Of a stretch of DNA of 64,000 bases, positions 27,348-40,345 are shown in pieces (the first letter of the stretch is position 1; the number at the start of each line of letters is the position of its first letter). The stretch is from Octopus bimaculoides. Its lineage: Eukaryota. The notes beneath the pieces were generated by a model, which saw only the letters and a program-made list of their open reading frames with translations, was not told the DNA's origin and searched no databases. The position numbers were made by a program, and so were the translations under genes. Location of the stretch: the NCBI RefSeq assembly GCF_001194135.2, contig NC_068987.1, forward strand, positions 69,285,164 to 69,349,163, in the 5' to 3' direction.

Positions 27348-27749
27348 AAAGAGAGACGGAGAGAGAGAAAGGAGAAAGAGAGAGTTAGTGACGGAGAGAG
27401 GGATTGAAGGAGGTAAAGTGAAGAAGTGAGAGAGAGGGTAGTGAAAATCAGGAGAGTAAGAGGAAAATAAGAGACAGTTCCGTGACTTATATATAGAAAA
27501 CAGAAACTACCTCTTGACAATGCAAATTGATTGACAGGAAGGCAGTTAAGTTCTGTAGAAATAACTGCCGTGTACAGAAATAATGATTCCTTTTTGCTGT
27601 ATTAAGATTTCAATAGTTTTATTGGGAATGGGAATCGGGTTGTGGTGACTATCATGCTTTTCTCTAATGTACTGATGTTTGCAATTAATAAAAATACAGA
27701 CGTACTGCAATCACCAAGTCAGTTTCCAAACTCTCACTCTCAAAAGGTC

Positions 27750-27870
27750 CGTTGATTATGATTTTTGACGTAGGTACAAAGCTATAACTGTTTTTCATGC
27801 GGTGGAGCTATAATCGATTATATTCCCCACTGTACTTTATTTGACTGATAGTCTATTACATCGACCATCG
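27750..27870 (-). mobile_element. SINE family B, degraded 3' part
   Basis: ATCGATTATATTCCCCCACTGTACTT...TACATCGACC resembles the family B tail. Confidence 0.4.
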
Positions 27871-28210
27871 TATTATTGTTAGACAAAGACGGACGTACAA
27901 GGATTTGTACGCACAACTCTACGAAGTGTAAATATACACAGCACTATGGTTTATCCAACGGCTTGCTGATTCTCCCGCCCCAACGCTTTCGCAATGATAA
28001 TAATTTCTGGCATAAGGGGAAAGCCAGCAAATACATACATACGTAAATACATACAAATGTGCATGCATGCATACACACACACATACATACATACATACAT
28101 ACATACATACATACATACAAACTACAATCATACATACCTTCATATATATAGACATGCATGCATACATTAAGTACATGCATTTTCATATTCATATATATCA
28201 CTACATAAAC

Positions 28211-28272
<62 letters not shown>

Positions 28273-28544
28273 GTGTGTGCGTGTGTAATTATATGTGATT
28301 GTTTCTAAATAAAGGACAAGGATTAGATTTCCATGGAAGGGTTTAACAAAGGTTAACTAGTACTTTATTCTATAACAAAGGAGGAATGGATAAATTTGCG
28401 AAAATGGCCTCGTTAGGATCAGAAATCTGAATTTTAATATCCGAGGCTGTAACGATCCTACCACTGCAGCTATGTAATAATTTTCGATTTAAGCAAATGA
28501 CCAGCAGTTTTGATAATAGTAGGTTCGTATGTTACAAAGATTCC

Positions 28545-28680
28545 AGTAACTGACTGGTATTTTATTTTATCGGCACTGAAAGGTAATTTGACCCCAGTAG
28601 TATTTGAACTCAAAACGGGACAATAACTGTCGGGCATTTTGTCCGACGCCCTAATGACTTCACCGATTCGCCACCCTTAA
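28545..28680 (-). mobile_element. SINE family B, degraded
   Basis: CTGGTATTTTATTTTATCG...TTTGAACTCAAAAC...GCATTTTGTCCGACG...CGCCACCCTTA. Confidence 0.75.
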
Positions 28681-28764
28681 AAATTGTTCGTAGTATAGCC
28701 TCAAGGGAGCGGGGTGGGTTGTTCACAGCTGGGATAAAATCTACAAGGCAATATTTCCGACGCT

Positions 28765-28969
28765 CGTTAGAATCGTTAGCACGCCGGGCAAAATGCTTAG
28801 CGGCATTTCGTCCGTCTTCACGTTGTGAGTTCAAATTCCGTCGGGGTCGACTTTAGTTTTCATCTTTTCGGGGCTGATAAAATAAATACCAGTTCATCAC
28901 TGGAGTCGATGTAATCGACTGAGTTCCTTTCCACTAAATTGCTGGCCTTGTGCCAATATTTGAAATCAT
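28765..28969 (+). mobile_element. SINE family B, 5'-truncated, with 13-bp TSD
   Basis: TATTTCCGACGCT occurs at 28752-28764 and 28970-28982. B-box GAGTTCAAATTCC is present. Confidence 0.92.
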
Positions 28970-29401
28970 TATTTCCGACGCTTTGACGATTTCGCTAGTC
29001 TGCAGCGCTATAAAATAATTAAAAGAAGAAAGATGAAATATCAACTCAGAATGTAAAGATGCTTAGATATTACCGGCTTCAAGGATTTGGAAAAGCCTGG
29101 GGTTCATATAATAGTACTTTCTAATATAAGCTGACGGTTAGAAGTTTTGTAGGAAGAGAAAAGTTCTATTATATAGGCTGCTGTACTTGAAAGGTAAATA
29201 ACATCGTCAAGCATGAAAGTATGAAAGACAAAGAAGTCGGCATTTGCGGAATCCTAACTAAAAATAAAAAGCAAAAAGACGACACTAAATAACGCATGGT
29301 ATTTCTTCTGATGCTCGACCGATTCTGTCATTCCAATACCCTAAATGCTATTTCCTATAAGAAAATCAGAAGCATTTGATGTTGGTCAAATATTGGATTT
29401 A

Positions 29402-29482
29402 AAACAACAACAGCATTACCAAGAGCAGGAGTAACAGAAACAACAACAGCATTATCTAGAGCAGGAGTAACAGGAACAACAA
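29402..29482. repeat. 36-bp tandem duplication (2 copies plus a partial)
   Basis: AAACAACAACAGCATTACCAAGAGCAGGAGTAACAG is repeated with 2 mismatches. Confidence 0.95.
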
Positions 29483-29694
29483 GATCTATAACAACAATAA
29501 CAACAACAACAACACACATTCAAACAAACAAACAGGAAATTCAAATACAAAGGAAATGAAGGAAAAAATATGAAAACACTGTTATTGGTAGAAACGATAT
29601 AAACAGCTCTTAATGGGATATGCATCCATTAAATAAATGTGTATACTTTGTGAGTATGTGTATATAAAATTATGTAAACACACATATATATGTA

Positions 29695-29782
<88 letters not shown>

Positions 29783-29967
29783 AAGATAGAAACCAGAGCA
29801 GAAACATAGAAGCACATAGATTCATGTATGTAAGTATACATTCATACGTGCACATATGCATGCAGACTTAGGCGTATGCAGACTTACACATACGTGTATC
29901 GCAATGCATTTATGTTTATCTGAGCGTATTACTATACTATGCGTGTACGCATGTGTGAATATATTAC

Positions 29968-29998
<31 letters not shown>

Positions 29999-30976
29999 CG
30001 TGTCTATGTAGGTGAGTGTGTATGTGTGTGTGTTAGTGCGTGTGTGTGTGTGTGTGTGTAAATATATTAATCTACATGAATATATATTTTCGCAAACAAT
30101 TGTATTATACAAGACAGTTTATACAAGTAAGCATCTATATATATTTATGTAGACACTTCATATTCACAGATATATATACACGTCTCATCTAGCTTTATTA
30201 TGTGTGTGTGTGTGTGTGTGTGTGTCTGTGTCTGTACATGTATTTATGTATGTATGAATGTGTATGTGTGAGTGTGTGTGCTTATGTGTGTGCGCGCGTG
30301 TTTGTGTATTTGTCGATATGTACAAATGTAAAAATACGGATATATACATTATAAGTACATACATACATTTTGAAAATATATACAACAAATATGTATAAAA
30401 CTTATATCTTAAAGGAAGCAGAAGAAAAAATGTAGAAATGAAAGGGAACAAATACGAAGAGTGTGCGAGTGAGCGATAGAAAATGGGAATAAAATTGGAG
30501 AAAGACTGATAGAGAGAGATANNNNNNNNNNNNNNNNNNNNNNNNNNNNNNNNNNNNNNNNNNNNNNNNNNNNNNNNNNNNNNNNNNNNNNNNNNNNNNN
30601 NNNNNNNNNNNNNNNNNNNNNNNNNNNNNNNNNNNNNNNNNNNNNNNNNNNNNNNNNNNNNNNNNNNNNNNNNNNNNNNNNNNNNNNNNNNNNNNNNNNN
30701 NNNNNNNNNNNNNNNNNNNNNNNNNNNNNNNNNNNNNNNNNNNNNNNNNNNNNNNNNNNNNNNNNNNNNNNNNNNNNNNNNNNNNNNNNNNNNNNNNNNN
30801 NNNNNNNNNNNNNNNNNNNNNNNNNNNNNNNNNNNNNNNNNNNNNNNNNNNNNNNNNNNNNNNNNNNNNNNNNNNNNNNNNNNNNNNNNNNNNNNNNNNN
30901 NNNNNNNNNNNNNNNNNNNNNNNNNNNNNNNNNNNNNNNNNNNNNNNNNNNNNNNNNNNNNNNNNNNNNNNNNNNN

Positions 30977-31021
<45 letters not shown>

Positions 31022-31344
31022 GTAAAAAAATAATTAAATAAAATATTTATAAAAAGAAGCAGATAGAAAGAATTAAAAGCAACTAACAAACTTTCCCCTC
31101 CTGAGTTCTGGGAAGATTAACCTCTAGCTGTACAAACCATTATCGTGAATTGTGGAATATATCTTTTCAGAGATGAACCATTATGATATAGCGTACGATA
31201 ACTCATAATAACATTCAGGTAACTTTTAATGGGAATATAAGTATTTGTTGAAAGACATCTTGTATAGCATAACTTCTGTTACAGACGCACACATAAATGT
31301 ACATAGAAACACACATACAGCCAGTATGTGTATGTATGAATGCG

Positions 31345-31391
<47 letters not shown>

Positions 31392-32546
31392 TTGTATGCA
31401 TGTAATGCATATATGAGTATGATTATATGTATATATGTGTATGTGTGTGATGAAAACTTAACATTTGCATATTTGTCTATGAATGTACAATTATGAATCG
31501 ATACTCATACAGATACAAGTGTATCTCTACACATATATACCGGAACGCAATCATACGCTCTTACAGACAGTTTGAGAACGTGGGCACGTGAGTATACATG
31601 CATACATACATACACACGTACACATACACACACATACACATACACACACATACGCACACATACATGCATACATACATACATACATACATACATACATACA
31701 TACATACATACATACGTACATAAAAACATATTGATTATTTAGGTTGAGTTTATAGCATATATAACTCTGGAGTTTCTCCTATATGTTGTTCTTTCCTAAT
31801 ATAACACATGTCCAGTGTTGTCTTTGAGGAAACGATTACTAGGGAAATCTTCAGAATAATAGATGCCTAAATCAGTCTAAATTATCTATTACATTCTATG
31901 TTTTACTCTCGTTGCTTACAACAAATAGACGTATACATACATATTTATATGGCTTAACAAGCCGAAACTCGAAGACCCTGTCAATTTGATTTTCACAAGT
32001 TTCCCTCCAAGTATAGACACAAAACATTTGTTAACCTTACTTTAAAATAATTAACGTATTTTAACATTTACTAGTCGGCAAGAAGCTGAGATGGGGTTAA
32101 ACATCCGCAACAATAATGGAATTTATATATTCTATCCAAGAACCGTATTCTGCTAGTTAAATCTGTCAAGTTCATAGTGATTGCTCTAATGTCCTTAGTA
32201 ATGCATGGATAATTTAACTCCCTATTGTCTTAGCAGATGGAATCAATTAGTATGATTATTCTTTCTTGGGTACCCATGTATCAGTTTATCAGTTACCTAT
32301 GCATACTATATTTAATGTAAAGTGGATATAGCATTTATAGACATGTTGAAAATTAAGATTCTTTGGTAATTATTTTATTCATTCAACACAATGCGACAAA
32401 TTAAGCCAGTTGTCATAAGAGATTTTTTTTTTCTCCCTGGAGCTTATATGTTTCCAAATTTAAAATGTATTTTCTTCTTTTCCTACAGTTATATGTTTGC
32501 GCTTGATCTTCAAATAATATAAAAATGCTACGTCTTACTAGTGAAC

Positions 32547-32595
<49 letters not shown>

Positions 32596-32760
32596 TTGAC
32601 TACAGGATTAGAGCATTTTAGTTCTTATTTCTAGCAATGTACGTGTTTCTAACACCCTAGTCACATTTAGTGATGGTTATAACTTTCCTTTTTGGTGAAA
32701 CATTGCAAACTGCAGTCTACATTAATACACAGCAGTTTGCAATGTATATGTGTATATATA

Positions 32761-32921
32761 CGACGAGCTTCTCCCAGTTACCAGATCTACCAAATTCACT
32801 CACAAGTCTTTAGTCGGATTGAGGCTATAAAAGAAATCACTTGCCCAAGATGCCACGCAGTGGGACTAGAAGCAAAACCGTGTAGTTTGGAAGCAAACAT
32901 CATACAGCCACGCCTTCGCCT
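32761..32921 (-). mobile_element. SINE family A, head part
   Basis: CACTTGCCCAAGATGCCACGCAGTGGGACT...ACAGCCACGCCTTCGCCT. Confidence 0.85.
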
Positions 32922-34004
32922 ATAAAAATGTGTGTGATTGTGTGAGAGTGTGTTTCTATGCCTGTGTGTATATGTATGTGTATTTCTGAGTGTGTTAATG
33001 CGTGCTTGTGCGTGTGCCTGTGTGTGAATACCTGGCTTGAGACCATAGGCGTAACAATCCATATCTTAGACATGGCCTTTGATTTCTAGTTTAGCGCTAC
33101 TTGAAGATACACAATCTAATCCCGAGCGATCTATGATAAATGATGTTCTATCTATTTCAGATGTCTCCCAAACCATTCTCTCCCTATTACATTCCTTCTC
33201 TTTCTTTAATTTTCACTGTTATTAGTTAATCTTCAGACGTAAATTCCTTACATGACTCATCGAATTGGGTATAAGTTATTTTTCTTTCACATCACTCATT
33301 TGAAATACGAAACAGTGATCATGGTTCGAACCGAATAATTTAATCTTAGTTTCAATCCTCCTTTAAAGCAGAGATTGTATTAACTTTACCGAGTCTTCCG
33401 TAGTTTCCAGCGGTAGACTCTGTTTCAAAACGAAGTTCTGAACATTAAAAGAATTCTTCTTACAAGGAATATTACTCGAGAAATATCTCACATGTCTTGA
33501 ACTTTCATTCAAACTTAATGTAGCCGAAGGAGAAAATGTAAACGTTGCATCTTTTGCGATAATAGAACGTCTTTGAGTAATGTGAAATCTATATTTAGGT
33601 CTTTTGAAGATCCGAACATAAAAAAGGCGAATCCATTTTCAATCTTGAGGTTTATTCATTGTGTTCATATCGAGGTTAATAACCCCGTGGCTAAGAGATC
33701 GATTCAATCGGAATTCTATCCAACAATCTCCAGAAAGCTGATGTCATAATATGTCAACACCATCAGACTTAGCTGATATGAGAAAAGTATGTCCGTTCTG
33801 AAATGATTTTTCTTCGATTGCTGCCGCAGAATGTGGGAGACAGTAAAGTTCTGAGGAAATGAGAGAAGTCAGAAGGTATGTGATATATATATACTGCTGA
33901 AAAATTGTTAAAAATCTCTCCCAGAATTAATTAGTGGAAAAGAATAATTATTTTTATACAGGCATTTCGGCTAAATTGCGAGCATTGTTAGTGTAATTGT
34001 TTCA

Positions 34005-34187
34005 AATTTTAGCACATGTCCAGTGATTTCAGGAAAGAAGCTTAGTCGATATCCCATCAATGCCAGTCCTCATATTTTATCGTCCCCGTCGATCTTAGAG
34101 GAATTTGAACACAAAATTTAAAGACTGACTAAATGCCGTGATGCATTTTGTCCGGCGTTCTAACAATTCTTCCAGTTCGCGGCCTTG
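34005..34187 (-). mobile_element. SINE family B copy
   Basis: GGAATTTGAACACAAAATTTAAAGACTGACTAAATGCCG...TTTTGTCCGGCGTTCTAAC. Confidence 0.75.
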
Positions 34188-34446
34188 CGTTGCAAGAATA
34201 TATCACGTAGTAGACATATTAGAACAGGAATGTTAAAATTGTATGTGTTTGAGAGCCGGATTGAAGTATAGATTTCTTGACCTGGATAGGGACAAATATT
34301 CTTGGAAATCTTATTCATAGTGTATGCCAAATTAATTGGGGAAAGGATTAATATACATCATAACAACGTTATTAACAAAAGAGGGTAGAAATGCATAGGA
34401 GACATTAGTAAAGGTTTTATATGTAGGAAAAACGCATCAATGGGGT

Positions 34447-34507
<61 letters not shown>

Positions 34508-34654
34508 NNNNNNNNNNGGCCCCTCCTCCGATTTCTAGCCTTGTGTCTATGTAAGAACCTGACCTAATGAATGGCTATCTTATGGGTTTCATTATGCCTC
34601 AAGCATATTTGAACCAGTAACATGTTAGTATTTATACATATCATTGGTTAGCGA

Positions 34655-34868
34655 TTTTGTACCGTACAAGGCCAGCAATTTCAAGGAGAGAGTAAGTTGA
34701 CTACATCAAACCCAGTGCTCAACTAGTACTTATGTCATTGACCCTCACTTCCAAAAGGATGGAAAGCAAAGTCGGCCACGGTGGAATTTGAACTTAGAAT
34801 GTAAACACGGACGAAATTCGATGAGCGTTTTGACTGGCGTGCTCACGATTCTGCCACCTTGCCAACTT
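34655..34868 (-). mobile_element. SINE family B, near full length
   Basis: ACAAGGCCAGCAATT...GGAATTTGAACTTAGAATGTAAACACGGACGAAAT...GATTCTGCCA. Confidence 0.85.
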
Positions 34869-34889
34869 AACCCAACCTAATAGAGGTTT

Positions 34890-35098
34890 TAAATTTCAGC
34901 ACTGTGTCATTGATTCCGGGTAAGGGTCTAGGTCATCAAGTACCCCGATGCTCAACTGGTACTTATTTTTACGGACTCTGAAAGGATAAAATGCAAAGTC
35001 GACCCGTGCGGAATCTGAACTCAGAACTTAAAGACAGACGAAATGTCGCTAAATATTTTGCTCATCGTGCTAATGATTCTGCCAACTCGCTATCTTAA
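34890..35098 (-). mobile_element. SINE family B, tandem to the previous copy
   Basis: Same motifs as the previous copy. AACCTAATA occurs near both ends and may be a TSD. Confidence 0.82.
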
Positions 35099-35906
35099 TT
35101 TAACCTAATAATATTATTAAGACTTTGAAGGTGGTTGCAAAAGTAAATACCTGAGCTAAATAAATGTTTAATATCACTCATTTCCATTCATACAATTTTC
35201 GAAGCTCAAATACTCCCAAGTCCACTTATTCACTTGGGCTGATTCAATCGACTTCTCTTTTTCATAGTTGAAGCCATTTATCGGTGTATGAAATCTACGT
35301 TACTATTAAATTGTACTGAAAATAAAATTTCAACTGCAGGTGAAGCGTAATTTGATTAATTGACCAAATTTAGTAAAAACTCTTGACCTTCATTCTGCCA
35401 TGATCAAACAGTATTTCAAATGAGAAAAATGCTGATTTTTTTTCTAACATTTAATTTAGCTATCATTTGAAAATACTAAATTTTTTGCTATTCTTCTTCA
35501 GTGCAATATAAAAATATAATAAAGCAAGCTATTCCACGTATTGTAGGTTTGCGTTCACACGAAATAAAATGATGTATATAGCAATGCGCTACTTGGAGTT
35601 TGAATCAATAACTCCAGGGATGACTTGTAAAATTGCTTTAGAGTTTTTATTGAGAAAAAATCTTTATATTTAGTGTTTTCTAATTTTGACATTTTGTATC
35701 GCAGCTTAGTACTTTAGTTGTTTACATGGATTTCTCGATTACATAAAAAAAAACAAAAAAAAAAAAATTCGAGTTTCATTAAAAGAAGTCGACCATCGAA
35801 CTTGAAAGCAAGCGTAAAAAAATAGTGTTTCTGTCATTTTATTGTTGACATCGTCATCGCCGTCGTCGTCGACGCCATCATCATCATCATCACTAGCATC
35901 GCTGTC

Positions 35907-35959
<53 letters not shown>

Positions 35960-36790
35960 TTATCATCATCAATACTTGACATTACTGACGTCGATGGAAT
36001 TGCATTAACGTTTGACGATTATATCTGATATCATATGCTCTGATAATGTGGTGTTAAATCCTGCATGAGTAGACTTTGCCTTTCATCCTTTTTTAGGCAT
36101 CAGTAAATGACACCTCCTGGGATCCATTCAACAAACGCTTGGTATCGTGCCAATGTAAGAAATCAAAGCGTGTCGTTAACGTAGTATTATAATATAAGGT
36201 TAATACTGAATGAACAGAAGTATGATCCAAGGCTTTCCTTCCACGACTACCCTGTCATTAGTTTAACTATACTAAATCTCTGGCTACAGTATCTAATGTG
36301 ACTGACCTTCATTCATTTTTTAAGACAGCTTCCAATGTCGTATAAGTTGTCTTCGATAAAACATATACATGATCGAAAGTACTCGAGCCGCGATCATCCC
36401 ATCGTTCATAAGATTACTAAATTACATTACCTAATATATCGTTTTCATTTTTAAAACATATTAGGGCATTTAAGTTAGATTTTGTTGCCATTTGTAGCAA
36501 TTCTAGCGATGAGGTAGTGATGCTTACGTTTGGTCTAGATGTTTCCGGCAATATTCTCTACGTACTCTTATTCTGTTGATGTCACCCACTGACATTGCAG
36601 TGGTTAAGCCGCTTCGATTGATCTTAGTATTGTAGTATTTACTGCTGTCATTGTTATCTCAGTCGTTGAAAAAGTAGTTCAATACTTTTTTTTCCAGCGC
36701 AGGTAGTTGGGGATCCAGGTTGGTTCTGCTACATACGATGAATTGCATTGAAGTAGAAGCACTGCATGTTTAGTGTTATTTTAGATTATA

Positions 36791-37212
36791 TTACTCTTTT
36801 ACTCTTTTTTATTTTACCTGTTTCAGTCATTTGACTGCGGCCATGCTGGAGCACCGCCTTTTAGTCGAGCTAATCGACCCCAGGACTTATTCTTTTGTAA
36901 GCCTAGTACTTATTCTATCGGTCGGTTTTGCCGAACCGCTAAGTTACGGGGACGTAAACACACCACCATCGGTTGTCAAGCGATGTTGGGAGGACAAACA
37001 CAAACACACAAACATATACACACACATACACTTATATATACATATATAAGACAGGATTCTTTCAGTTTCCGTCTACCAAATCCTCTCACAAGGCTTTGGT
37101 CGGCCCGAGGCTAAAGTAGAAGGGACTTGCCCAAGATGCCACGCAGTGGGAATGAACCAGGAACGATGCGTTTGGTAAGTAAACTACTAACCACACAGCC
37201 ACTCCTCCGCCT
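36791..37212 (-). mobile_element. SINE family A, full length (tRNA-like head, CORE-like box, internal CA/TA microsatellite, (AAAAGAGT)n tail)
   Basis: Colinear with 47250-47680, 60042-60510 and 62450-62785. The body contains ATCTTGGGCAAGT, resembling the CORE-SINE box ACCTTGGGCAAGT. Confidence 0.92.
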
Positions 37213-38289
37213 ATTATTTAATGTTTCTTCTTTTTTTTTTCTTTTAAGGCAGTAAAGTGTGATTTCAAAACAGATTTAGTTGCTATTTCTTGCAAATTAA
37301 GTGACCATACTGAGAATACCTCATTAGCTTGCTTCTTGAGGTTGTCATCGTCGTCGATACCGTTGTTATTGAAGTTACAAGAGTAATTATTGTTGCAGTG
37401 AATGTTGTGAATGATCTCCTTTCTAATATTATTAGTTGGCTTGCTATTGCTTTTATTATTGAAATTTCAATTTGCCAATGCTGTATTTCTTGTTTTGCTT
37501 AATGTTGTTGCTGTTTTCATTTTTACAATTCATACTAATTTTTGTGCAGGTTTTGTTCCCCTTACAAATAGTTTTACGTTGTTGTTGTTATAGTTGAAGT
37601 TGTCTGTAAAGCCGTGGTATATATATATATATATATATATATATCTATATCTATATATNNNNNNNNNNNNNNNNNNNNNNNNNNNNNNNNNNNNNNNNNN
37701 NNNNNNNNNNNNNNNNNNNNNNNNNNNNNNNNNNNNNNNNNNNNNNNNNNNNNNNNNNNNNNNNNNNNNNNNNNNNNNNNNNNNNNNNNNNNNNNNNNNN
37801 NNNNNNNNNNNNNNNNNNNNNNNNNNNNNNNNNNNNNNNNATATATATTTATATATGTTGTTGTACGAATGGTGTATGTTATGGATTTTGCTGTTGATGT
37901 TGTTGAGGATATTGTTTTTGTTGTTGTTGTTGTTGTTGTTGTTGTTATTGATGTTGTTGAAAAATACCGTTTATAAATGGAAAAGCTGACACTAAAGTTG
38001 AGCTAAAGAATCATTCCAACGATGTGTAATCGTAAACTGTGTAACCTTAAGTTGACTTTGAATTATTGCCACTGCTGATAAATTGCAAGATTTAGCAACA
38101 GACGTACCTCAAAGAAATGCAGAAAGGAATTAAATAAAAAGAGGTATGGGCAAAGTGCGATTTGGTGAAAAAGAAAAAAGAAACAATCAAAAACAAGAAA
38201 AAATTTAAGGTTCAAAATGAAAGGAAACTAAACTATAAATGGATAACAAAATGGCTTCCCCGACAAAATATTAGATTTATTCCTCTTCC

Positions 38290-39296
38290 TCCTCCCATCC
38301 ACCTCATACTCCAACTACTACTACTACTACTACTGTTCCTACTGCTGCTGTTGCTGTTGTTGGTGATGGTGATGATGATGATGATGATGATGATGACGAT
38401 GATGATGACGACGACGACGACGACGGCGATGACGTTGACGATGATGATGGTGATGATGGTGATGATGATGACGATGATGATGGTGATGATGATGGTGATG
38501 ATGATGACGATGATAACGATGATGACGATGACGATGACGATGATGATGACGCCACTGCTGGTGATTTCTTTATTAGCCACAAGGGTTGAAAAAGTAACAA
38601 CAACACTAATGATAATAATAATAATAAATTTATCATGAAAACTATAATTGTGACCACTCCTAAAACAACAACAAGAGTTTGAAATAGAATAAATAAGAAG
38701 ATAACTAAATAATCCTGTCTTTTCTTAAGCTAACGTTGAAATATGTTATTGTGCCTCAGGAAGTTTCCAAACAAACAAAGCTGTACAATAAAAACGAAAA
38801 AAACACAAGAACAACGGCAACAAAACCAATTATCTTCCTCATACGTCTCTTCACTAATCGTTAAGTGAAACAAAACAAATACATAAAGGACGAAATAAAG
38901 TGACATAAATAAATAAATAAATAATAATATTATTAATAATAATTGACTACGACGGCAGCGTTGATGACGAATATTTTGCTGCTGATGACGACGATGATGA
39001 TGATAAATATAGAGATGGAAATGATGGTGGTGGTGGTAGTGGTGGTGGTGGTGGTGGTGGTGGTAGTGTTGCTGCTGATGGTGATGGTGATGATGAAGAC
39101 GTTGATCCTGAAAATGGTGATGTTAAGGAGGGAAAGTTTAAAGATGAAGAAGAGGAGGAAGACGTTCCTGTAACAGCAGCACAGTAAGCAGCAGCAACAA
39201 CAACAACACAACAGCAGCAGCTGCGTTGTGTGCTGTTTTTGTTGTTGATGGTGGTGCTGCTGTTGTCATTGCTGCTGCTGCTTAGTACGATGATGA

Positions 39297-39329
<33 letters not shown>

Positions 39330-39455
39330 GGAGGAGGAAGATGAAGAGAACCAGTGGAAGTGGTAGAAGAGGCAATTGGTTGAGGTGGTGGACATGAAAC
39401 GGCAAAAAAAGTAATATTTTTTTTTGTATAAGCTTATTTATTTATCATATATAAC

Positions 39456-39493
<38 letters not shown>

Positions 39494-40274
39494 TGCATGA
39501 GTGTGTGTGTGTGTGTGTGAGTGAAAGAGAGAGACAGACAGAAAGAGAAAGCGAGAGAGAAAGTGAGAAAGAGAGAGAACAAAGCTTACCATAAAATATG
39601 AAAACAAGGCACAAACAAAAAACAAAAAAAAGTCACAAAAGCAGAAAAAGGCACCCCATAATCTTTATGCAGTCTCTTACGTTTCCTTTAGTTTCCCCGT
39701 CTGTCACTCATTCCTTTTTGCTCTCTAACTCTTGCAAATGACGTAACTGTTATTGCAGTTGCCGTACCTGTGGTACATGATGGAGATGAGAAAGGAAGAG
39801 GACGATAACGATGAGGAAGAAGAGGACGTAGAACACGTTGTTGATAAAAAATAGAGTGATGGTAATACAGTTCATTATTGTCGTTATTGTTGTTGGTGTT
39901 GTCGTTTATGATGAAGATGATGATGACGACGACGACGGCGGCGGCGTTGTTAGTGTTGTTATTATCATTGTTCGATTTTTTTTCTTTATGTTGCTGCTGT
40001 TATTGATATTCAGTTGTAAGAAGAAGAAAGACAAGAGACGGAAAGAATAATAATGATGGCATTCTTGAAGATAATAATGATGAGTTTAAAGATGGTTATG
40101 ACGATTGTGTTGTTAGTAGACACAATGTTGACGGCGCGCGTGAAGGTACAGATGATGTTAATAATAATAATAATAATAATAATAACGACAACAAAAACGA
40201 CCTTAATAATGATGCTACTACTTCTGCCGCTACCACCACTAATAATAATGATGATGATGATGATGATGATAATG

Positions 40275-40338
<64 letters not shown>

Positions 40339-40345
40339 TAATAAT
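38290..40345. repeat. Cluster of trinucleotide repeats (CTA, GAT, GAC, GGT, GAG, CAG, AAT)
   Basis: Blocks at about 38290-38570, 38960-39400 and 39790-40345, seen directly. Confidence 0.9.

Noticed and set aside
33366-33638. 91-codon stop-free minus frame in unique sequence
   Set aside because: No ATG, no clear splice sites and no recognisable motif. A TBLASTN hit would reopen it.
36831-37049. Similar ORFs at 36831, 62482 and 13253 suggesting a gene family
   Set aside because: All lie within SINE family A copies.
38947-39405. 152-aa minus ORF resembling a signal-anchored Ser/Pro-rich protein
   Set aside because: It starts at TTG, has no acceptor, and the hydrophobic, Ser and Pro runs come from (CCT)n, (GCT)n and (ACC)n repeats.
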